DNA of 64,000 nt, from the NCBI RefSeq assembly GCF_009914755.1, contig NC_060931.1; one strand, 5' to 3'. This stretch comes from the human T2T-CHM13v2.0 reference genome, Homo sapiens. This document shows positions 17,763 to 30,992 of the stretch, one piece after another (the stretch's first letter is position 1; the number at the start of each line of letters is the position of its first letter). Below the pieces are notes generated by a model. It saw nothing but the letters and a program-made list of their open reading frames with translations. It did not search any database and was not told the origin of the DNA. Position numbers and translations under genes: made by a program.

Positions 17763-17854
17763 CCTGGCCTTCTGCTTCTCAGCCTGCAGCTGCGCGTCGA
17801 TCTCCTCAGGGCTTGTATACTGCCTCGCCCGGCCTTTGTGGCCTCCCTTTCTTC
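17763..17854 (-). CDS. PDAP1: PDAP1 exon 2
   Basis: ctgcag|(G)[30 protein letters not shown]|gtgagt. Confidence 0.96.
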
Positions 17855-20800
17855 CTGCAGAGACCCGCAGTTTAGGTGAGCGGAAGCAGCTGCCTTGACT
17901 GCTCTGACCCCCAGAGGGCTGTGTCCTGCTTGGAGTACTCTCATCGGAGGCCTCACCTACCCCTCACCCAGCACCACCCAAACCGACACCTCCGCCACCC
18001 TCATGTGTTCAAAGGCACGCAGGAAGCAACTCGTGACCATCTGATGCATCACCAAACTGTGTACTAAATGCTGGCTCCTACACAGAAGACCGGAGGGGAG
18101 AACATGGCGGACGGTGCACTGCAATGACTTGCTACATCCCCTGGTCCCTTACAATCCAAGCATAGTGGACTCAGATGCAACCACAGAAACATGTACCACT
18201 TACATCCCTGCCGTCACTATAAGGGCTTTTTACACGATGTTCTGTCACAGCCAGGGGCACTTTTTTTTTTTTTTTTTTGAGACGGAGTCTCGCTCTGTCA
18301 CCCAAGCTGGAGTGCAGTGGCGCAATCTCGGCTCACCGCAACCTCCACCACCCTGGTTGAAGTGATTCTCCTGCCTCAGCCTCCCGAGTAGCTGGGACTA
18401 CAGGCGTGCACCACTATGCCCAGCTTATTTATTTATTTTTAGTAGAGATGGGGTTTAACCATGTTGGTTGGCTAGAATGGTCTTGATCTCTTGACCTCGT
18501 GATCTGCCCACCTCAGCCTCCCAAAGTGCTGGGATTACAGGTGTGAGCCACCGCGCCCAGCCAGCCAGGGGCACAGTTGATCCTCGGAACAAACCTATGG
18601 TACAGGGGTGATAGCTGGTCCCATTTCATAGACCAGGAGACTTAGACCAAAGCAGACTGCGAAACACCACGAAGTTTAGAGTCCAACTCCCAGGTTCTAC
18701 GCTTACTGGCTTGATGACTTTGGGCAGGTATTTAACCTCTCAGTCTCAGTTTCCTCATCTGTGTCCCTACCTTACAGGGTTGTCACAAAGATAGATGAAT
18801 TAATCAATATACAGAAAGCTGCTGGAACAGTGCCTGCTACTGAATAAGCACTACAAAAATGTTCGCTAATATCCAGGCACAGTGGCTGATGCCTGTAATC
18901 CCAGCACTTTGGGAGGCCAAGGCGGGCAGATCACTTGAGGCCAGTTCAAGACCAGCCTGGTCAACATGGTGAAACCCCCTCACTACTAAAAATACAAAAA
19001 TTAGCTGGGCATGGTGTCACATGTTTGTAATCCCAGCTACTTGGGAGGCTGAGAAAGGAGAATCGCTTGAACCCAGGAGGCAGAGGTTGCAGTAGCCGAG
19101 ATTGAGCCACTGCACTCCAGCCTGGGCCACAGAGCGAGACTCCGTCTCAAAAAAATAAAAAAATCGCTGTTCGTTACTTTTCCCTCTAATCTAGTATTTG
19201 GTGGAAAAACAACAACAAAAGCACCACTGAGCACATAAGCAATTTACTGCAGATGTTGGAAACACAATAAAATACCTTGTGTTCACCTTAGTAGTATGGC
19301 AAAAAGAGAATACTTAAGGGAAAAAAAAGAAACCCAAACCTACAGGCAAAAACTTTGTGCTTAGACTAAGAAATGACTGGCAAAGTACAGATGAAAACAA
19401 ACCTGACTACACAGTCTAAAAGTTAAAAATGTGACTAGCAGTTAAAGTGTCAGTTTTATAGTCTGACCCTCTTCAGCCAGAACACCAGGCTGACCCTTGC
19501 TTAAGCCATCAGCCAGTTTTAAAGCAAGGTGGCATCCCCCTCTGCTGGTCCCCAAGTATGCAAGGGTGGCTGTGGCCTCAACTTCCACACAGGAAGCTGA
19601 GGCCCACCTGATTTCCATAGTCTGTCTCTGTGAGCAGAGACTCTGTAATCAGCCAGAGTTGCTCTGCACTCCAGAGGCGGTAGCAGAGATACTGGCCTCC
19701 TCTGATTCCTTACAGCAGCTGCAAAGCCATAATTGGGCTGCTAAAGATCACACCACCCATTTTTAATGACTACCTAGGTTCCCAGGGGTGTCTAAGTCTA
19801 TGCTTATTAAAGTCCTATTGTGAGAGAGCAAGTGTGCCAAGAAAAAAACCAACACCCTTTCTTGCTCTCTTAATACACCAGGCAACAGTAACAACTCAAA
19901 ATTGATTACTATAGGCTCTCCTCTCATGCACTTGGCTATGGGACCCTGACCTTAGCTTGGTCCACAGTAATTTTATAGTAGACTCTTCAAGACTTTAAAA
20001 AACGATTTGCACTTAACATAATGGAAACAAGCGTTGGTCCTTTGCTCTTAGGGAGTTTGATACTTTTAACACCTTCACGGTTTTTTGTGGTTTTCAGATT
20101 AACCCAAGAAAATGTAAACCTTGTCTACCCCAAAAAGCTTTTCACAAGCCCAAAGACCATTTAGCTATGAATTCATATTTAAGGTTTTATCGTTGTAACC
20201 TCCAACCTTTACCCAAAGTATCCATTAAGTAAAACTTCGGAGGGAGGATGGCTCATTCAGCAACCTCCTTTTACAGATGAAGGGACTGGGGAACAATAGC
20301 AGAGAGACTTTTCCAGCCACAGAATAAATCAGTAGAGAGCTAGGTTTAAACACATTTAGCTCTGTAATGCCCAATTATCTCTGGAGTCAGGAAGCGATTT
20401 AGGTTTGAAAACGCTACAGGCAGATGTTTCTGTGGGTTGAGTGCATTAACCAATATAACACATGAGCTACCAACACAAATATATTTGTTCTGTGCCAGGA
20501 GGTGGCCAGGCACTTTATGAGCGCTATAATTTTACCACCCCGGCCCCAATTCAACAAGCTAAGGATTAGCCCAGTGTTTCAGATGAGGAAGAGGTTAACT
20601 TGTTCAGGGCCACAGAATTAGACGTGACATAGCTGGGATTCAAACTGGGGACTATCGATTCTAAAGGGGGAAACAGGATAGAGAACGGGCTAGAAGATAG
20701 AGGACGGGCTACAATGGACTGGGCAGTCATGAACCTACTTACAAGATCAAGAGCTGGCAAAGCCTTAAAAATAAGAATAGTTACTGCTTCACTGGGCACT

Positions 20801-21436
20801 TTTAACGACTGCCTGGCACTGTACTGCGCACTCCACGTGGATTACCTAGTTGAAGCCTCCCAACAGTACTAAGAGGTAGGTACAATCGTTATTCCCATTG
20901 GCAAATGAGAAAACGGAGACACAGGAGGTGGAGCGACTGGCTCAAAGGAACACACCGAGCCGCTACCGAACGGGGGAGTCGAAACCAGGTCTGGAAGGCT
21001 CATGGGCATCTCCTTAAGTCCTCCTAGGCAGGCCTGGCTGAACCGAAGCCAGAAAAAGCCCACGTTTTACGCGAGAGGCAGGCGGGCCCGGCACAAGCGC
21101 GGGACGCGGTGACTCAGTTCCTAGCCAGCCAAAGAGTGGGATAAATTCCAGAACCCCTAGACCCGGAGAAGCGCATCCTAGATCCGGCTTTCTAGGCCGG
21201 CGAGGACCCAGAGCTTCCGAAACTCCTCAGACCACTGACGGAGTGACTCTGGGACACCACAGTCCTCAGTTTCCCCATCGGGACAATTGGGCGTCGAGGC
21301 CCAGGCCTGGCTCTCAGCCGGTGCGGACAGCCTCCCTCTGCGCTGCTCTCAGAGACGCGCACGGGCTGAGGGGACAGCGGAAGCCGGACCTGGGCCGCCC
21401 CTCCAGGCCTGCGGGCCACCGGCGCCCGCCCCTCAC

Positions 21437-21449
21437 CTCCTTTAGGCAT
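21437..21449 (-). CDS. PDAP1: PDAP1 exon 1 CDS (ATG CCT AAA GGA G)
   Basis: start MPKG followed by gtgagg donor, in a CpG island. Confidence 0.95.
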
Positions 21450-21839
21450 TGCGGCTCCGGCGGCTGCGGCGGCGGCGGCGGCGCCTCGAACTGACACCGG
21501 AACCGGAAATAGCTTGGGCTCGACTTCTTCCTCCTGGGCCAGCCGCCGCCGCCGCTTCAGTGGCCGCAGTGGCCGCAAGGACCCGGACCTCAGGGAGGCC
21601 TCCGCACGAAGTCGGACCGTCCTGCGCGCCGCCTAAGTCCAGGCTTGCCCGTCTGCTGCCAGGCAACAACGCCCCTAGTCTCTCCGTTCGGGAAGACGCG
21701 TGGCCCTGCCTGCCACCCACCGGAAGTGAGGGCAAATGGCAACAGCGGCTCTGGAATTCTATACAGGCATTGCTGAGGACACCTAAGATGACGCAATCTC
21801 CGCGCGGGTAGGGCGGGGCTCCGCAAGGACCTCATGCCT

Positions 21840-21905
21840 TAGAGATCGCCTGAAGAGCGGAAGCCTTCTGTCGAGAAGCAGCTACCCAAGCTCCAGGAGC
21901 TTCCG
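21840..21905 (+). other. BUD31: BUD31 non-coding exon 1 (start approximate)
   Basis: donor CCG|gtatgt at 21905/21906 downstream of the promoter. Confidence 0.65.
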
Positions 21906-22934
21906 GTATGTGTTTTCCCTCTGTTCTCGATTACCTTGGCAACGGCTGAGGCGGGAGACCGGTGGTCTGCACCGTCCTGGAGGGAGATATGAGTGGCTGG
22001 ACTCTCAGCCAGCCACTGGGATGTGTTCGGGCTTTGGACCTTGAGGCCGGAGAGAGCTCCCGAGAGGAGGCGGCGCCACGTTCGTTCTTCTGAGGGGACG
22101 GTAGATTTGGGGGTTTTCCTCTAGGATTCTCGCGCCGTTTCCTCTGGTAGGAACGTCTTCTGTGTTCTGATTGTTTTTCTAAGCTGGGTTCAGATGCTGT
22201 CCTTTTTATGAGTTTTCCCTACAATCCTGCACTATCTTCCTTCGCTCCTCCTCGCCTCCTTCCCCTAGCGCCCCAATCTCTCTTACACCTCCCGGCACAT
22301 CTTTCTTCTCGATCTGATTACCTCCTACGTCCTCTTTCTCCTCGATCTGGTTACCGCCTACCATTTTCACCTCCGAGAGGCCTCTTCTGACTTCCAGGCT
22401 GGATCAGGGCCCTCGAATTTCCCTGGGTCGTAGAAAAGCGATCATTCTCTTGTCACAGACTATGCGCCTTGGGGCCGAGACCAGAATTCACCTATTTTTA
22501 GCTTCAGCGTAGGGGAGACTAGTGCGAAGACCACTGATTTGGGAGTCAGGAGCCCTCCAGAGTCAGGTTTTGCAAATTCTCAGCTGTGTGACCCTGATTC
22601 TACCTTATAGAGTTTGATTCCTCCTCTATATGGTTGTTTTAGAGAGTTCATGAGAGGAGGCTCTGTGGGCGGGGGGGGGGTGGGTCTTTGTAAAGTGTCA
22701 GTACAGAAGGGAGTGACTGAATGAATTTGAGAGAGATGAATCTGTTATGCTGAAAGGTAAATACTTAACCTGGGTTCTCTCTGGCAGCAAGGAAATGCTG
22801 TGTGGTTTGAAAAACGCTTTGCTATTTAGATTGGGATCGGCCTCTTGTATGGGAACTACCTGACTTTATGTAATATGTTGTTTGGTGTGAAAGAGACCTT
22901 GGCAATCAGCCAATCCACTGCCCTCATTTTACAG

Positions 22935-23070
22935 AAGAAACAGGACCAGAGAGGGAAGGTGACCTGAAAGTCACAGAATAATTTTTTAGAGCTGAACAAG
23001 AATCCAAGCCTGCAACTGCAGAGACGAGAGATCTTTCTGCTGTCTATACTCTTGGAAAGCACATCCTAAG
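22935..23070 (+). other. BUD31: BUD31 non-coding 5'UTR exon 2 (acceptor MIR-derived)
   Basis: ctcattttacag|AAG...AAG|gtactt; 5' part resembles the MIR core. Confidence 0.7.
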
Positions 23071-23993
23071 GTACTTTGATTTTACAGTCATCTTTCCCTT
23101 TTTATTTTATGTTTTGTTTTGTTTTGTTTGTTATTGAGACATGGTCTCACTCCGTCACTTAGGCTGGAGTGCAGTAGTGTGAACATGGCTAACTGAAGAC
23201 TTTCAACCTCCTGGGCTCAAGTGATCCTCTTGCCTCAGCCTTCCGTGTAGCTCAGACCACAGGCACCCACCACCATGCTCAGTTAATTTTTTTGATTTTT
23301 TTTTTTTTTTGGTAGAGATAGGGTTTCACCTCATTGCTCAGACTGGTCTCAAATTCCTGGGCTCAAGTGATCCTCCCATCTCAGCCTCCCAAGGTGCTGG
23401 CCAAGACCAGAATTACAGGCATGAGCCACCGTGCCTGACCTTCCATCTTTGCCTTTTTAAATACTCACCCCCATGGCTCCCCGAGTCACAGCCCTCCTTA
23501 TACTCTATTGTAATTGCTTTTTCTCTTGTCTGTCTCTTTGCTAAAATGTCACCTTCTAAGGGGCAAAGGCTTAACTTTTGTTCTGTGTTCCCAACATCCA
23601 GTATAGGGTTAAGCTTTTAGTTGAAGTTAGCTAATGACAACAGCAAATGTCTCTTAGGCACACATTATACACCAGGCATGATAGATACAATTCTAATGAA
23701 GTCTTTGCAATGACCACATAAGGTAGCTTCCATTATCCCCATTTTACAGATGAGGAAACAGAGGCTTAGGAAGGTTAAGTACCTTTCTGAAGATCACAGC
23801 GGGTAAGTAGCAGAGCCAGGATTTGAACACAGTCTGGGTGCTGAGCCCTGTCCCATAGCTGTGACCCTATGCTGACTCAAGGAAGTCAGCCTGTACCGAA
23901 ATAATGGCTGGCAAAGGCCTTTGGGGATTTGAGACTCAGAAACCAATTCATTTTTTTCCCCCAGATCTTTGCAGATTATCCTGTGGAAGGAAA

Positions 23994-24087
23994 ATGCCTA
24001 AAGTCAAAAGAAGCCGGAAAGCACCCCCAGATGGCTGGGAGTTGATTGAGCCAACACTGGATGAATTAGATCAAAAGATGAGAGAAG
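23994..24087 (+). CDS. BUD31: BUD31 (G10 splicing factor) first coding exon
   Basis: acceptor at 23965; [32 protein letters not shown]|gtgagt. Confidence 0.97.
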
Positions 24088-24670
24088 GTGAGTAGGGGAG
24101 TTCCTGTCTGGGTGGGCTGGGTCCAAGGGTCACAGGCTTAGATGCCCCCAGGGGACAGGCATAAATGCAAATATAAAAAGAGAGTGGTCTACTAACACTG
24201 ACATGTTGTGTTTGCTTATGAACTTGGGGAAATACTGTAAGTGCCCGAAAATAAGATAACATTAATGAAAAGGTCCTCAGAAAAGGTGTTTTTTTTTGTT
24301 TTTGTTTTTGCCAACTCGAATATAAAAGGTTATGAAATATAGATCAAATAGTCTACCTATAGTTATTTACTATTTTGGTTAGATATATATTTAAAATCAT
24401 ACAAAATATATTTACTTGGAAGTGCTATTCCTTTTCAGTATCATCGATTAGTCTTTGCCGCATCTGTTTTCTGTCACTTCCTTGTAAATGGCGTGTGATC
24501 CTGCTTTGTGAACCCGTGTCCTATGCTGTCTTTGGAAATTTTATCTGAAGCCACAAGCATCTGTTGGCCTTATATGATCACAGTGTGGCCACTTACCAAT
24601 TGACTTTTTTATTTTTATTTTTTGAGTTGGAGTCTTGCTCTGTCTTCCAGGCTGCAGTGCAGTGGCGTGA

Positions 24671-24949
<279 letters not shown>

Positions 24950-25245
24950 TAACCTAATCATGGTTATTATGAGGTCGTACCTCCAGCAGTAATTACTAAA
25001 TTAAATCAATGTTAAATTACTTTGCCCCTTTTTAAAAAAACTGTTCGTACCAGATAACTTCTATTAAATACTCAGTACTTGTTTTGCAGTTTAGATTTGG
25101 ATGGGCCTATTGCAGTAATCACGGTCATTTTGGGCTGAGAGATGTCTTCCCGAAACAGCTCTTTATCAAAATAAAGGAAATGGGAGCATGCTGGAATAGA
25201 AGAGATTTTGCAAGTCCTTGAAAGTAAATTAACTTCATCTTCTAA

Positions 25246-25758
<513 letters not shown>

Positions 25759-25853
25759 TGATCCACCCGCCTCAGGCTCCCAAAGTGCTAGGATTACAAG
25801 CATGAGCCACCGCGCCCGACCAACGCTTGGCTAATTTTTTGTAGAGATGGGGG

Positions 25854-26005
25854 TGTGTTAGTCCATTTTCACGCTACTGATAGACATACCTGAGACTGGG
25901 CAATTTACGAAAGAACGAGATCTAATGGACTTACCGTTCCATGTGGTTGGAGAGGCCTCACCATCATGGCAGAGGCCAAGGAGGAGCAAGTCACGTCTTA
26001 ACATG
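25854..26005 (-). mobile_element. THE1/MaLR LTR fragment
   Basis: tgtgttagtccattttcac...cctcaccatcatggcag...agcaagtcacgtctta. Confidence 0.75.
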
Positions 26006-26879
26006 TGTACCTGCTGAATCTTTACTACCTGCTTTTCTGCTTGGATCACAGCATTCTGTTTGTTGAGCTGAATTGTAATTCCTAGGTAATAGAATGGCTT
26101 AAAAGCTGGAGACAGGGAGGGATAGTCTTCTTGACCACTCTTCGCCCTTCTGTTCTTCCCTAAAAACTGAGGAGGTCATAGACAAAGATGAACTTGTGAC
26201 TGCTGAGAGAGAGAGAACTGCCTTGCGGCAAGTATGAGTGCCACCTGATCCTGCGTGTGTTGAAGGAGCAGCTTCTGCTGTGGCTACTTCCCTCAGAACC
26301 TGTAGACTGGTCTAGTTTATTTAGCTTTTCCTCAGCCCTAAAGGACTTTGGCTGGGAGATGAAATTAGAAGTGCCTTCAAGATGATTAGGATGCCCATCT
26401 GTGGGCCTAGAATTATCTTGATTAATTATTACGCTGTAGAAATAGATCTGAAAGCATAGGGACCAAGGTTGGTTTTTTGGCTTTTTTTTGTTTGTTTTGT
26501 TTTGTTTTTTTTTGAGACAGGGTCATCTGTCATCCAGGCTGGAGTGCAGTGGCACAATGTCAGCTAACTGCAACCTCTGCTTCCCAGGTTCAAGCACTTC
26601 TCGTGCCTCAGCCTCCCGAGTAACTGGGATTACAGGCATGTGCCACCATGCCCAGATAATTTTTGTATTTTCAGTAGAGACAGTGTTTTGCCCTGTTGGC
26701 CAGGGTGTTCTCGAACTCCTGACCTCAAGTGATCCACCCACCTCGGCCTCCAAAAGTGCTGGGATTACAGGCGTGAGCCACTGTGCCCAGCCGGGACCAA
26801 CCTTTTAACAGAAGTTACCATTAAATGTCTTTAAAAATCTATGTTTTCTAATTCTGTAATTAAAAAGACTTTTTTTCTT

Positions 26880-26979
26880 GTCACATGGGTAATGTGCCAA
26901 CGTTGTGACAAGGTTTGAGAGTGGCATGTCTCACACATGGATGTGAACACCCAAGCACACTCATGAATTACAAAAGGAT
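26880..26979 (-). pseudogene. U13 (SNORD13) snoRNA retrocopy
   Basis: minus strand reads ATCCTTTTGTAATTCATGAG...GGCACATTACCCATGTGAC, matching U13 as recalled; box C and box D degenerate; short A tail. Confidence 0.85.
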
Positions 26980-27945
26980 CCAAAAATAGACATTTTTAAT
27001 TTAAAACAATTATGTTTAAATTACTTAGCTTATTTTTTATTTTTTTATTTTTTTTTTTGAGACGGAATCTCACACTGTTGCCCACGCTGGAGTGCAGTGG
27101 TGCGATCTTGGCTCACTGCAACCTGTACCTCCCGAGTTCAGGCAATTCTCCTGCCTCAGCCTCTTGAGAAGCTGGGATTACAAGCGTGCACTACCACGCC
27201 CGGCTAATTTTTTAATTTTTAGTAGTGATGGGGTTTCACCACGTTGGTCAGGCTGATCTCGATCTCCTGACCTCGTGGTCCGCCCACCTTGGCCTCCCAA
27301 AATGCCCGGCGGCTTATTCTGTTTTTAAATAACAGCTTTATTGAGATATTAATCATATACTGTAAAAGTGAACCTGTTAAATTATCCAATTAAGGGGTTT
27401 TTAGTATATTCACAAAGTTGTACGACCATTGCCACAGTTAGTTTGATGTTTCAAGGTTCATCTGTGTTGTAGAATATATCAGTACTTACTTCATTCCCTT
27501 TTTTTTCTTTTTTTGAGACGGGAGTCTTGCTTTGTTGCCTAGGCTGGAGTGCAGTGGTGTGATCTCAGCTCACTGCATCCTCCGCCTCTGGGTTCAAACG
27601 ATTCTCCCACCTCAGCCTCCCAAGTAGGTGGGATTACAGGCATGCGCCACCATGCCCTGCTAATTCTTTTGTATTTTTAGTAGAGATGGGGTTTCACCAT
27701 GTTGACCAAGCTGGTCTCAGACTCCTGACCTCAAGTGACCTGCCCACCTCAGCCTCCCAAAGTGCTGGGATTACAGGTGTGAGCCACCGATTCCGGCCAG
27801 CCCTGTTTAACTTCTTGAGGAGCCACCTAACTCTTCTGCAGTGGCTCCACCATTTTACATTCCCACCAGGAACGTAGGAGAGTTCCAATTTCTCCACATC
27901 CTTCCCAACACTTGTTATTGTGCCATAATTTTGATTATAGTCATC

Positions 27946-28924
27946 TGTAGGGTCCAGCCCCACAGGGTCGGTGGGTTTCTCCCCGTGTGTGGAGACGAGA
28001 GAGCGTAGAAATAAAGACACAAGACAAAGAGATAAAAGACAGCTGAGCCTGGGAATCCCACCAAGACGCGGAGACCGGTAGTGGCCCCAAATGCCAGGCT
28101 GCACTGATATTTATTGGATACAAGACAAAGGGGCAGGATAAGCAGTGTGAACCATCTCCAATGATAGGTAAGGCCACATGGGTCACGTGTCCACTGGAAA
28201 GCGGGCCCTTGCCTGCCTGGCACCAAGGCAGAGAGAGAGAGACAGCTTATGCCATTATTTCTGCTTATCAGAGACTTTTAGTACTTTCACTAATTTGCTA
28301 TTGTTATCTAAAAGGCAGAGCCAGGTGTACAGGATGGAACATGAAGGCGGACTAGGAGCGTGACCACCAAAGCACAGCATCACAGGGAGATAGTTAGGCC
28401 TCTGGATAACTGCGGGCGGGCCTGACTGATGTCAGGCCCTCCACAAGAGGTGGAGGAGTAGAGTCTTCTCTAAACTCCCCCGGGGAAAGGGAGATTCCCT
28501 TTCCCGGTCTGCTAAGTAGCGGGTGTTTTTCCTTGACACTAACGCTACTGCTAGACCAAGGTCCGCTTGGCAACGGGCATCTTCCCAGATGCTGGCGTTA
28601 CCGCTAGACCAAGGAGCCCTCTGGTGGCCCTGTCCGGGCATAACAGAAGGCTTGCACTCGTTTTCTGGTCAGTTCTCACTATGTCCCCTCAGCTCCCATC
28701 TCTGTATAGCCTGGTGTTTCCTAGGTTATGATTGTCGAGTGAGGATTATTATAATATTGGAATAAAGAGTAATTGCTACAAACTAAGGATTAATGATATT
28801 CATATATAATCATATCTAAGATCTATATCTAGTATAACTATTCTTATTTTATTTATTTTATTATACTAGAACAGCTCGTGCCCTCGGTTTCTTGCCTCGG
28901 CACCTGGGTGGCTTGCCACCCACA
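27946..28924 (-). mobile_element. Solo LTR13-type (HERV-K13/HML-4) LTR in a BUD31 intron
   Basis: minus strand starts TGTGGGTGGCAAGCCACCCAGGTGCCGAGGCAAG; TG...CA ends; 6-bp TSD gtcatc/gccatc; interrupts an old L1 3' fragment. Confidence 0.88.
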
Positions 28925-29038
28925 GCCATCCTAGTGGGTATAAAGTGGTATTTATTCATTATCAGTAGTTACTTACAAAAAGAAAATCCTGCGCAGACCG
29001 ACCCTATTCCCCCAAACACACTCTTTGTTTCTCCCCAG

Positions 29039-29161
29039 CTGAAACAGAACCGCATGAGGGAAAGAGGAAAGTGGAATCTCTGTGGCCCATCTTCAGGATC
29101 CACCACCAGAAAACCCGCTACATCTTCGACCTCTTTTACAAGCGGAAAGCCATCAGCAGAG
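29039..29161 (+). CDS. BUD31: BUD31 coding exon 2
   Basis: ccccag|(A)[40 protein letters not shown]|gtaatt. Confidence 0.97.
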
Positions 29162-29222
29162 GTAATTAGTCAGTCTCTCTTGGACTTTGAAGCTCGCGTC
29201 ACTTTTGGAGTTACTGAACTAA

Positions 29223-29447
<225 letters not shown>

Positions 29448-29597
29448 TAGCTGGGATTACAGGCACCTGCCACCACACCTGGCCAATTTTTGTATTTTTA
29501 GTAAAGATGGGGTTTCACCATATTGGTCAGGCTGATCTTGAACTCCTGACCTCAGGTGATTCACCCGACTCGGTCTCCCAAAGTGCTGGAATTATAG

Positions 29598-29792
<195 letters not shown>

Positions 29793-30329
29793 TAAATTTT
29801 TTGTGGAGATGGGCCCTTGGCCCAGGCTGGTTTCTTAACTCAAATGATCCTCTGGCGTTGGCTTCCAAAAGTGCTGGGATTACAGGTGTGAGGCACCTTG
29901 CCTGGCCTAAGTACTTTTTTTTTTTGTTCCTCCTCCAAGGACTGTCCCGTTGCAATACTGAATGCCTTTTTTTTTTTGAGATGGAGTTTCGCTGTCACCC
30001 AGGCTGGAGTCCAGTGGCACGACCTCAGGTCACTACAACCTCCGCCTCCTGGGTTCAAGTGATTCTCCTGCCTCAGCCTCCTAAGTAGCTGGGATTACAG
30101 CTGCTACCACGCCCGAGTAATTTTTGTATTTTTAGTAGAGACGGGGTTTTACCATGTTGGCCGGGCTGGTCCTGAACTCCTGACCTCAGGTGATCCGCCT
30201 GCCTCGGCCTCCCAAAGTGCTGGGATTACAGGTGTGAGCCACTGCACCCGGCCTGAATGCTTTTTTTGATCAAGGGTGGGGAAGGTTTTTAGACCATGGC
30301 CTGATGCTCTTTCCCCATCTTTTTGACAG

Positions 30330-30496
30330 AACTCTATGAATATTGTATTAAAGAAGGCTATGCAGACAAAAACCTGATTGCAAAATGGAAAAAGCAAGGA
30401 TATGAGAACTTGTGCTGCCTGCGGTGCATTCAGACACGGGACACCAACTTCGGGACGAACTGCATCTGCCGCGTGCCCAAAAGCAAGCTGGAAGTG
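30330..30496 (+). CDS. BUD31: BUD31 coding exon 3
   Basis: gacag|(E)[55 protein letters not shown]|gtaatg. Confidence 0.97.
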
Positions 30497-30848
30497 GTAA
30501 TGTCTGACACTCAAGCTTGGTGTTGTTTTCAGCTCAAAATTCTGCCTTAGTCGACTGCAAGGGATCTTATGTTATTTGGTTGGGCTGGAATGTCGTTTTG
30601 TCCCTGGATGTCCTGCTGGCTCTCCCTCGTGGGAGTGGGTCCCTGTATTCAGGAATCCATGTGAGGCAGCGTGTGGCTGTGTGTTTGTTAGGTCTGGGGT
30701 CAATCTCAACTCCACTTTTGGGCAAATTACTGAACCCCTTTCCTCACTTAGGAAATGGTGGTGGGGAGCCCTAATCCCAAGGTGGTGGCAGGGTGACATC
30801 AGGGAAGGACAACCAGTGAGTTCCTGTCCCTTTCAGTCCTCACAGTGA

Positions 30849-30992
<144 letters not shown>

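Larger units (their letters stand above)
21050..22150. promoter_or_regulatory. Bidirectional CpG-island promoter PDAP1/BUD31
   Basis: divergent first exons a few hundred bp apart; ETS-type CCGGAA motifs (about 21497-21510, 21720-21727, 21900); GC box at about 21811. Confidence 0.88.
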
